DNA of 24,000 bases from Rhodobacterales bacterium. GTDB lineage: Bacteria; Pseudomonadota; Alphaproteobacteria; Rhodobacterales; CAZPXZ01. Below, piece after piece: positions 1 to 8,082 of this stretch; the first letter of the stretch is position 1, and every line of letters starts with the position of its first letter. A program made the translations under genes and the position numbers. The stretch covers positions 303,253 to 327,252 of the forward strand of contig CBDCUM010000012.1 in assembly GCA_965222665.1 (NCBI GenBank), written 5' to 3'. The notes below the pieces were generated by a model. That model was not told the DNA's origin, ran no database searches, and saw nothing but the letters and a program-made list of their open reading frames with translations.

Positions 1-128
1 GATCTAGAACCTAACTCATTGATCAGTATAACTCTTATCGGTTTTTGGGCAAGCACCAATTATCAACCCGGAGTCGAGAATCCGGTAGTCGTCATCTAAC
101 GGTCAACCTTCTTGCCATCTGCGCCGCT

Positions 129-731
129 TCATCCGGCACGGAGAAAGGCTCCCGATTTTCGGAATTCCGCCGGGCTCCGGAGGCAAAGCCAAGCGCGCAA
201 TTCGCGCCGCCAGATGAAGCCGCCTGGACTTCTGCCTCTGGCTGAACCCGACGAACCGGTCAGCCCCGCGGCCAATGCCTCGCGTTCGCCTGTCGTCCGG
301 CCAGGCCAACCCAAATCCCGCCGAACGCGGCCACGCGCCGCGGACGCCGGCCGGAATCCGGAAAGCCGGGATCGTCGCCCTCGTCGATCGGCCAGGAGCC
401 CGCGCAGGCCGGCGGTCACCGGTTCCGGCGTGTCGGGGTCCGAACTCGATTTGTGCTCGATGGGGGCCACCGCATTCGGCTTGTCCAGGGTTCCGCCAAC
501 CAGGTACACCTTGTTCGCGCGGAGCTGCCTGAGGTTGCCGTGCACCAGCGCCGGGTCGATCGGGCGTGCGGGCTCGCCCGTCAGCATCCAGCGCAGCGCC
601 TTCGGCCAATGGGCGTGGATCAGCGCGTTGGCGCGCTCGCTGTCGCTGAGGATCGCACGGAAGAATGCGTCATGGCAGTGGCGCGTGAAGGCGCGGAGTG
701 CGCTTGCATCGGGCTGGTGCATCGCCGGCAT
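129..731 (-). pseudogene. Rpn/YhgA-like recombination-promoting nuclease / putative transposase, decayed copy 1
   Basis: Minus-strand frame of track ORF 129..1049, read from ATG 731: MPAMHQPDASALRAFTRHCHDAFFRAILSDSERANALIHAHWPKAL...NAVAPIEHKSSSDPDTPEPVTAGLRGLL. This fits the conserved N-terminal core of the Rpn/YhgA PD-(D/E)XK family (HDxxF..S.. then EHxSxxD). Similarity is lost after about residue 95. A possibly homologous segment (IPAF..GAWPRS) appears in a second frame (track 103..609). The locus is about 200 codons, against about 300 for intact family members. It is called as decayed on those grounds. Confidence 0.45.
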
Positions 732-839
732 GGCTCCTGGCTGCGATCGGGAATGCCCTGGCGGCGGAAGGCGCCCGGGTCGCGTCGAGCCTTGCGGCCC
801 GATCCGGGCGGCGCAACACGGGAGCGGCCCCATTCCGCC

Positions 840-852
840 GGGGGGGGGGGGG
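840..852. repeat. G13 homopolymer tract
   Basis: Read directly: ...ccgcc then 13 g then ttcgg. It lies in the ~0.8-kb spacer between the divergent Rpn-like start (731) and the autotransporter start (1545). Confidence 0.9.
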
Positions 853-1544
853 TTCGGTGAACGTTGCCGGTACGGCCTCCGGTTGCACGCCGAACGAACG
901 GGGAACACGCGGAATTGCCGGCATGGGAAGAAATCTCCGGAATTCGGTACCAAAAATGACGCGCAAAGGGACGCTGAGGCGCCGACCCCCGGGTTCCCGT
1001 GCAGAACCCGGGGGACCGAATCGTGGCGTTGCGACGCGAATCGGGACATGGCGCGGACTCGGCGGAGCCACTCGTCGAGCCATCAATACAACGAAGTCGA
1101 ACCACGAGTCACTGAAATCCAATCACCTCGCCAACCGGGTCTTCCCGGTGGTCGAGGGTGTCTGTGTCGGCGTCAAAGTGGCATGGCCCGAGTTCGAGGA
1201 CGCTCCCGACCTCATCAAATCCATCAGAAGCCGAAAACGGGCTGCGACAGAGGTCTTCAACAGGAAACCCTCTACGAGCAATTAGTGGATTCTGTATCAC
1301 CGTATTATCGGAAGGCGAGACAAGCGGTCCGACCAACCAGCAAGCGTTACCAGTCGCTCAACGAGCCGTGCCGTGCCGGGGATCGGAATTCCGATCCCGC
1401 AGAGTCTTGCAACTGCTTCACTCGACGGGATATTTGATCGCAGATCCGGGAGACTGCGTGTCGCTTGACATGGCGCTCCGGAACATGTTCCAATCCATGT
1501 GTCGGCAGATAAAATGAATACGATAGATAGGTTGAATTAATTAT

Positions 1545-4335
1545 ATGTGTGCTGTACGCAATGCAACGGTGTCGCAGATGTCTTGCGTGCACGCTGTCTT
1601 CGGACAGGAGCTTGCGGACGCCGGGCAGGGACGTTGGGTTCGACGGTTTGCGGGTGCGGCCTTGCCCGGGCGGGTCCGGCTGACAGCGGCGCTCGCTGTT
1701 GCCGTCCTGGGCGCATTCAGCGCCCCGGCGCTTGCGCAGAACTCCACCGGCGCGCCCGCGATTTCGGGCACCGCACGGGTCGGCGAAACCCTGACCGCCA
1801 CGACGGGCTCCATCGCGGACCCGGACGGTCTGCCGAACACATTCATCTATCAGTGGATACGGGTCGATGCGGGGGTCGGGACCGACATCGACAACGAGAC
1901 CTTGGCCACCTACACGCTCGTCGCTGCCGACGGGGGCAAGAAGGTCAAGGTGCGGGTGTCCTTCACCGATGATGCGAACAACGCGGAATCGCGGACGAGC
2001 GGCGCCTACCCGTCGAGCGGCGCCGTCGTCGTACCGCCGGGCTCGCCCGCGAGCCTGACGGCCGAGACGGGCGACGGGCGGGTGCGGCTGGTCTGGGAGG
2101 AGCCTGCGGACGAGAATAGTCCGGACGGCTACCAAATCCGCCATGCCGCGGGCGCCTCGGTGCCGGCGGAGATGGGCTGGACCGAAACAGCCAGTGTCGA
2201 GATATTGACCGCACTGGTCTCGGGACTCACGAACGGCACGGCTCATACCTTCGAGGTGCGGGCGGTCCGTGGCAACGTACCGGGTCCACCGGCCAGGGTG
2301 TCGGCAACGCCGGTGGCGGCCGTGTGCAGCGCACCCGCCCTCGGCACCAGACGGGAAGTCTGGTCCGGCACGATGACGGTGGGGCACGATTTTCAAACAC
2401 AGGTGGGCGCTTACGGTCTAGGCGAAAATGATGCGGGGTTCGAGGCAGGAGAGTTTGGCAGCCTGTCCGTAGCACCCCACTTTTCGATCGGCGCCACGCG
2501 CTACGACATAAGCGAGATGATTGCCGATATCCGCCGCGATGGCGAGAGGAGGTTTATGTACCTCACCTTCTCCAACAGGCTGCCGAATCCGGTCAAGGCC
2601 GCGCTCCGGCTTCATTCCTGCGGCGAAACACGGGATGTCAGCAGCAGTAGTTTTGCTAATGCTCCTGGTGGTCGGTCGCGATATAGATGGATTGGGCGAT
2701 CGCTCGCTATCGACTTCTCCCTCTACCCCACGCGCGAGATTGCGCTGAGCCTGCCGGCGAACAACGCCGCGACGGGGGAGCCGGCGATCGTGAGCGACAT
2801 CGCCGACAAGGCGCATGTCGGCCGGACGCTGACCGCCTCGGCGGGCACGGTGGCGGATGACGACGGGCTGCCGTCCGCGCTGACCTACCAGTGGTACCGA
2901 GTGGACGGCAGCAACAGCGTCGAAACGGAGATAGGCAGCGCCACCACATACACGCCGACCGCGGCCGATATCGGCCACACGCTCAAGGTGAAGGCGCTCT
3001 TCCAGGACGATCTCGGCGGGGTGGAAGAGCGCGAGAGCGTGGAGACCCCGACGGTCGAGCAGCCGACCCTGACGATCGCGGAGGCGAGCGCGACCGAGGG
3101 CAGTGCGCTGAGCTTCGCCGTGACGCTCTCGCCGGCGACCGACCGGCCGGTGACCGTCAACTGGGCGGTCTCGACCTCCGGCGGGAACACCGCCTCGGCG
3201 AACGACCTTTCCGGGACGACGAGCGGGTCGCTCACATTTGCCGCGAACGAAACCTCGAAGACAATTACGGTGAGCACCGTCCAGGACGAGGTCTACGAGG
3301 GGAACGAGACCTTCACGGTGACGCTCTCCGGCCCGGCCAGCGCCGTGCTCGGAACGGCGAGCGTGGCCACCGGTACGATCACCAACGACGAGGCATTACC
3401 GACGATGACTCTGGTGCTGGCCGACGACACGATCCGGGAGTCGGACGACCCGGACCAGCCGGGATACCAGCACCGGACCACGGTGACGGCGACCCTGGAC
3501 ATCGCAATCGAAGGGGACTTGAGGATCAGCGTCGCAAGCGGGCCTGCATTGCGAATCGGCATCCCCGCCGACTTGGAAAGATCCAGACTGACCATCCGGG
3601 CGGGGCAGAAGACGAGCGAGACACTGGGTGTGGTGCCCTTGGACAACACTGTCGATGAGCCGGACCGGATGGTGGTGTTAGAGGCGACTAGCAATTGGGT
3701 AAATTCTGGCTATCTGGACCAAACCACTTATCCTCAGGCGCCGAACCCTTCCCTCACCATAATCGACGATGACGAAGCGCCGACGGTGACACTGGCGCTC
3801 TCTCCGGCGTCGATCCGCGAGTCGGACGACGCCGGCACGGCGGGTATCGACGATCATGTCGGCACGGTGACGGCGAGTCTCTCCCATCCGTCGAGCGAGG
3901 CGACGACGGTGACGGTGTCGGCGGCGGCGGTCGGCGCGGCGGTTTCCGGCGATTTCACGCTGAGCGGCAACAGGGTGCTCACCATCCCGGCCCGGCAGAC
4001 GCGGAGCACCGGGACGGTGACGGTGAGCGCCAACGACAACAATGTCGACGCGGCGGACAAGCAGGTGACGGTTTCCGGCGCGGCAGCGAACACCCAGGGC
4101 ATTGCGGGCGACCCGCCCGATCAGACGCTGGCGATCCGCGACGACGAGGAGGCGCCCCGGGTGGCGCTGGTGCTGGGCGCGGGCTCGATCAGCGAGAATG
4201 CCGGATCGACGACGGTGAAGGCGACGATCCCCTACCCGTCGAGCCACGAGACCGTCGTGACGATCTCGGCGGCGCCCGGGGACTTCACGGCAAGCGGGAC
4301 GCTGACGATCCCGGCGGGGCAGACCGAGAGCCCGA
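1545..4335 (+). CDS. Autotransporter passenger region (exon 1): signal peptide, Ig-like repeats, FN3, unassigned module, Calx-beta-like repeats
   Basis: Track ORF 1545..4406. It has a signal peptide (RVRLTAALAVAVLGAFSAPALA/QN). It has two Ig-like repeats (G.PAI...VG.TLTA..G..aD.DGLP...YQW.RVD) and one FN3-like module (PGSPASLTAETGDGRVRLVWEEP...TFEVRAVRG). An unassigned ~150-aa module follows, then four ~110-aa repeats. The first repeat is a typical Calx-beta (LTIAEASATEGSALSFAVTLS..VTVNWAV..TITVSTVQDEVYEGNETFTVTLS). Family-like sequence stops at ...TLTIPAGQTESP (about 4334). The last ~24 codons of the track ORF are read-through of intron RNA. The true start may be ATG 1545 or ATG 1578, and an AT-rich patch at 1505-1550 sits just upstream. 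Confidence 0.8.
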
Positions 4336-5098
4336 GTGCGCCGTGGAAAGGCGCGTTTTCCTGGTGGGTGCGAATCCCACCCAGCAACTGTCCTTCCGGC
4401 TGGTAGCGGCCGGAGCGGTTCGTGGAGGTAACGACATGGACTGAAGCACTCCGGAGAGAAGGGCTGCGTTGAGCAGCTCAGCGACCATGCAGGCCGGAGC
4501 GTGAAGCGAACGCCGAGCAGGCCTCGAAACAGGCAACGCGGGGGCCGACCCTCCTTGGGTTAGGGGAAGGCCGATGGCGGTTTGGGAAGAGAAGCGACAC
4601 ATGCACCAGACCGCGCCCGCCGGGGTAGTGGCGCCAGCATGCATGGAAGATGGAAGACGCGGCAACACGGGAAGCCCTGTCGGTGATGTGCACGCATCAA
4701 CCGGACCCCCGTGAGGGGCAGGCTGGGCCGGCAGGGTGGCGGAGGGGTCCGTACTACTGGCGACGCCGAGTAATACCGGTCGAGGAAAGGGACCCCAGGT
4801 GAGGAAGGATGTTGAAGGGCGACAGGTATCGGGAGTGGCATGGCCTATTACCCCGGAGAATGCCGGAGAGCCTGGACGCATCACATGCGGAAGTGAAGGG
4901 CGGGTCCCCGGCGGCGGTGGTTTCTCCGGCGTCCGAGGTCTCGGACCATCAAGGCGTCGACAGGCTTGCTGGCAGGCGAGGCCGCAGCCACAGTCAAGGC
5001 GGGAGCCGTGCAGCTCCTCGCGGCCGAACCCATGCGGCCAAGACCCTTGCTGTTGCTGGAACTCGTCGCCCGTGTGCGAAGTGCATGATCCCACTGGA

Positions 5099-5131
5099 GA
5101 GCCCGGTGCCGGAAATCGGCACGCCGGGTTC
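5099..5131 (+). ncRNA. Group II intron domain V (catalytic hairpin)
   Basis: Sequence GAGCCCGGU-GCCG-GAAAU-CGGC-AC-GCCGGGUUC. The 9-bp lower helix opens with the A-G-C catalytic triad (A5100-U5130, G5101.U5129, C5102-G5128). A 2-nt AC bulge lies at 5121-5122, followed by a 4-bp upper helix and a GAAA-type loop. At 33 nt it fits the general group II domain V consensus of about 34 nt. Confidence 0.85.
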
Positions 5132-5214
5132 GGGGAGCGGGGGACTGGAAACGTAGCCAAGGGAGCCGGACTGAGGCCCGTCGCGAAAGCGCCGGAACTG
5201 CCACCGGACCCTAC
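5132..5214 (+). ncRNA. Group II intron domain VI candidate with bulged branch-point A5208
   Basis: Hand fold only. G5132-G5135 pair with C5209-U5212 (4-bp basal helix). A5208 is unpaired and lies 7 nt from the end. Further pairs are C5138-G5140 with C5204-G5206 and G5142-G5143 with C5201-C5202. There is an internal CGC-GAAA-GCG hairpin (5182-5191), and the 3' terminus is UAC. Confidence 0.45.
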
Positions 5215-6826
5215 CGCGGGCGCGCCAGCCCCCGACTCTACCATCGTCAACTCCGGCCCGATACCGGAGGCGTGGATTGTGCGGTTCGGGCGCACCGTGG
5301 CCGAGCAGGCGATGGAAGCGGTGGAGGCGCGCTTCGAGGCGCCGCGCGTACCGGGCCTCGCGGGGAGTCTCGCGGGCCAAGTCGTCACCGGCTTCGGGGT
5401 GCGCGCGGATGGGGAGGCGCAAGACGCGCGCGAGGGGCTGGATGGGTTCGCCGCGTGGCTCGGAGGCAAGGACGGGCATGCCGGGGCGTCGGAATCCCGG
5501 CCGCTCACCGGGCGCGAGGTGCTGGCGGGCTCGACGTTTGCGCTGACCGGCGGGACGGCGGAGTCGGGGCTTGCGTCGATCTGGGGTCGGGGCGCGGTCA
5601 CTCGCTTCGATGGTCGCGACGGCGCGCTCAGCCTCGACGGCGAGGTGGCGAGCGGGATGCTGGGGGCGGACTGGACGAGGGACCGAGTGCTCGCGGGCCT
5701 CATGCTCTCGCATTCCCGGGGCAAGGGCGGTTATCGGGGTAACTCGGAAATGAGCATGGGGTCGGTCGAATCGACGCTGACCGCGCTTTTCCCTTACGGG
5801 CGTTATGCGCTGTCGGAGCGGGTCTCGGTGTGGGGGATCGCCGGAGTGGGCGAGGGGACGCTGACGCTCACTCCCGGGGGCGCGACGCCGATGCGCCCCG
5901 ACATGGCCTTCCTGATGGGGGCGGTTGGCGTGCGCGGCATACTCTTCGACGGCGCCGGCGGGTGGCCGACTCTGGCTGCGAAATCCGACGCGTTTGCCGT
6001 GCGTACGTGCACCGATGGGGTGTCGGCGAGCCCCAGCCTCGGGGCGTCGCAGGGCGACGTGACGCGCGTGCGTTTCGCGCTGGAGGGCTCGCAGCCCCTG
6101 CGCCTCTGGGGCGATGTGGTGCTGACGCCGGGTCTGGAACTCGGCGTGCGCCACGACGGGGGCGATGCGGAGACCGGCTTCGGGGCCGACATCGGGGCGG
6201 GTCTTGCGCTCTCGGCCCCGTCGCAGGGGGTCTCCGCGGATCTCCGCGCGCGCGGTCTCCTGACTCACGAGGCGGGGAGCATGCGCGAGCAGGGCGTCTC
6301 CGGCACGTTTGCCTTCGATCCGGCGCCCGACAGCGACCGGGGGATCTCGCTCAGCCTCTCGCAGACGGTTGGGTCACAGGCGTCGGGCGGGGCGGACGCA
6401 CTGTTTGAGCGCCCGACACTTGCCGGAATCGGCGCGGAACAGGACGAGGGGCCGCTCGCGCGGCGCTTCGAAGCGCGGCTCGGCTACGGGCTCGGCGTGT
6501 TCGACGATCGCTGGACGGCGACGCCGGAGATCGGGCTCGGGCTCTCTGGCAGCGATCGCGATGTTCGCTTCGGCGCGCGCCTCACCGAGCGGGTGGCGGC
6601 GGGGCTCGCCTTCGAGCTCGGGGTGGAGGCCTCGCTGCGCCAGAGCGGGGACGGCGCCGCGAACCCCGAGCACGGGCTCGGGGTCGACCTAGGCTGGCGG
6701 CTCGCGGGGGCGCGCACGAGCCATCGGTCGTTCGAGATGGGCATCGACGCGATGCGCCTCGACACCGCGAACGACGACGCATCACGGCAGGATCGCATCG
6801 GGCTCAAGCTGAGCGTGCACTGGTGA
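5215..6826 (+). CDS. Autotransporter linker plus outer-membrane beta-barrel translocator domain (exon 2; codon frame 5216..6826)
   Basis: This is the 3' part of track ORF 4736..6826. It has a linker helix (...PIPEAWIVRFGRTVAEQAMEAVEARF) and the classic junction motif (SIWGRGAVTRFDGRDGALSLDGEVASGMLGADW). Long runs of alternating beta-strand-like sequence follow, ending in a terminal aromatic (...IGLKLSVHW). The first ~160 codons of the track ORF are intron RNA, not protein. Confidence 0.8.
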
Positions 6827-7307
6827 TGCGCTGTGGGCCCGGGCGACGCGGCGCTCGCCTGCCCGGGGCTTGTCGGGGAATCGATCCGCCGCCGCTCGCC
6901 GGAGTCGTTGAGAAGGTTCACAGGGCCCACTGCTCCCTCTTGAGCGAAGCTGGCCAGCCGCTCCGGATGGATGTTCTGCCCGAGATCCGCCGGCAACGAG
7001 CGGGAATGGATGAATCTCAGCCTTGCCAGGCCAATGCGGCTTACAGCGTTTCGTCCACGGCGTCGTTGATCACCTGAACGGCACAGCGGCGGGCACGGGT
7101 GCGTCCGGCTGGACCGATGCGTTCCAATGCGATTGTTGCATATCGACCACGAAACCCGCCAGATGCCCCTCCGTTGGCCAGTCCTGCAGTAATGGCGGCA
7201 ACAGCCAGGACGTCTCATGATTTGTCCGTCCTGCGAACATCCCGCGGCATCCGCAGAGCTCAACCTCAACTTTCGCGCTGGGAACAATGCATATTGATCG
7301 TGCAGTG

Positions 7308-7313
7308 GCTAAG
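7308..7313. repeat. Target-site duplication GCTAAG (left)
   Basis: GCTAAG directly abuts IR-L, and an identical hexamer abuts IR-R at 11753-11758. Confidence 0.8.
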
Positions 7314-7334
7314 CTGAAGTTCTGACGGGATTTT
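7314..7334. repeat. IS left terminal inverted repeat
   Basis: CTGAAGTTCTGACGGGATTTT. The first 12 nt are identical to the reverse complement of the right end, followed by GGG and ATTTT blocks with one mismatch and one indel. Confidence 0.8.
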
Positions 7335-7391
7335 GGGTAAAATGCGTGATATGGCAATCAATTGCGCAATTTCGGAAATCGGATTTTCTGC

Positions 7392-7865
7392 CTACATTTT
7401 GCGTTCGCCCGGGTTGTGCTGTTGTTTTGGGCGGCGAATGGTTTCCAGCAACTCTATCGCCTTTGTTTGGGATTTGGTCGGCGTTGTGTCCATATCGAAG
7501 GTTTCGGGCGCGGGATTGGTACCCGGCTGGCCGCGCTGGATCCTGCATGTATTTCGGGTAATGGTTTCCAGGCTTTCGATCAGGGTTCGGAAGCAGTGGG
7601 TTTCGGAGCCATCCTCGAGCCATCCTGCGGCCTTGCGTTTGGCGCGCTGCGAGCGTTCGGCCGGAGCGACGGGATCGCGGGTGCGGGTGATTTCCTCGAG
7701 TTCCGGATCGGAGAACAACCGGTCCCGCCAGACTTCCCTCATATGACATTCGACATAGTACGCGAGCGTGCACAAGAAGATGTGGGCGCGCACCCGTTGC
7801 GCGATGCGATGGTAGATCGGCCGAACGTGCAGGTTGACCGTCTTCATGGATCGAAATGCGCGCTC
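7392..7865 (-). pseudogene. IS1634-family transposase, C-terminal fragment
   Basis: Track ORF 7392..7901 (-). (V)ERAFRSMKTVNLHVRPIYHRIAQRVRAHIFLCTLAYYVECHMREVW... continues the transposase exactly where the other fragment stops. The family motif is YK.L..VE.aFR.lK..L..RPi.H....R..aH....LAY. Confidence 0.8.
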
Positions 7866-7868
7866 GAC
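7863..7868. repeat. Left junction core (CTCGAC), putative attL crossover region
   Basis: CTC-GAC on the left and CTC-CAC on the right (10247-10252). The shared CTC is the likely crossover region for a serine recombinase, which would produce no true target duplication. Confidence 0.45.
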
Positions 7869-7894
7869 TATATGAACGCATACCCGCCAAAGAG

Positions 7895-7923
7895 TTGACA
7901 AATGAGGAAATCCCGCCTATTCT
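7895..7923 (+). promoter_or_regulatory. Sigma70-like promoter inside the left end of the recombinase element
   Basis: TTGACA (7895-7900), a 17-nt spacer, then TATTCT (7918-7923), reading toward the recombinase. It would give a ~150-160-nt leader that contains the perfect hairpin GGCGGA-GGCU-UCCGCC (about 8014-8029). Confidence 0.45.
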
Positions 7924-8082
7924 GGGCGTTGAGGCATTGTTGCAGCTGTCGAACTGGTATGCGCTCAGGAAAGCAAGCGGCGAACGCGATCGATGCGGCG
8001 ATCTGGCGGAGGCTTCCGCCGGAGAGGAAGCGCCGGATTGTGCTTCGGATTGCGCATGCGGTTCGGGGTCTGGCGGACAGCC

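Larger units (their letters stand above)
4336..5214 (+). mobile_element. ORF-less group II intron (ribozyme-only copy)
   Basis: It begins GUGCGCC at 4336, followed by hairpins GCGCC-N7-GGCGC (4338-4354) and GGUGGG-N7-CCCACC (4363-4381). A canonical domain V lies at 5099-5131 and a domain VI candidate at 5132-5212. It ends ...CCGGACCCUAC at 5214. No frame shows RT/maturase-like sequence, and the track ORFs crossing it (4285..5724 -, the 5' part of 4736..6826 +) have no family resemblance. It sits exactly between the passenger and barrel coding sequence. The 5' end is firmer than the 3' end. Confidence 0.75.

Noticed and set aside
68-85. tRNA T-arm-like hairpin (CCGGA-GUCGAGAA-UCCGG) in the lower-GC first 110 nt, which could be a tRNA-derived att site or island boundary.
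   Set aside because: The loop is 8 nt rather than the canonical 7-nt TTCGAAT type. No acceptor, anticodon or D arms could be built around it, and there is too little sequence at the window edge to judge.
112-1437. Long plus-strand ORF (441 aa) and several other overlapping ORFs in 1-1500 (275..532, 453..860, 698..1285, 620..1105 -, 670..1122 -).
   Set aside because: They have Arg/Pro/Gly-rich, low-complexity composition typical of off-frame reading in GC-rich DNA, show no family resemblance, and overlap each other and the Rpn-like frame.
1347-2396. 349-aa minus-strand ORF antisense to the autotransporter, and similar antisense or off-frame ORFs (2418..2978 -, 2891..3658 +, 3678..4247 -, 4994..6268 -, 5830..6408 +).
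   Set aside because: They are shadow ORFs opposite or offset to a clearly coding frame with recognisable domains, and their composition is Arg/Pro-rich.
4368-4372. Second GUGCG pentamer as an alternative intron 5' end.
   Set aside because: It lies in the loop of the GGUGGG/CCCACC hairpin (4363-4381). The exon sequence it would imply (..PSAPWKGAFSWW) does not resemble the passenger repeats, and it does not fix the frame problem.
4285-5724. 479-aa minus-strand ORF, and the first ~160 codons of the plus-strand ORF 4736..6826, both covering the intron.
   Set aside because: The region has group II intron RNA hallmarks (GUGCG, domains V and VI). Neither translation resembles an RT/maturase or any other family, and the barrel-like sequence begins only at about 5216.
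6830-7307. Minus-strand ORF fragments (track 6484..7287 and 7070..7357), including a stretch faintly like an AraC-type HTH (LRFIHSRSLPADLGQNIHPERLASFAQEG...).
   Set aside because: The similarity is too weak and is split across frames. The ORF would have to overlap the autotransporter 3' end, so it is left unannotated.
7993-8082. Upstream ATG 7993 as the recombinase start (track ORF start).
   Set aside because: The extra 30 residues (MRRSGGGFRRRGSAGLCFGLRMRFGVWRTA) are low complexity and overlap the leader hairpin. ATG 8083 gives an N-terminus of normal length before the YVRQSS catalytic motif.
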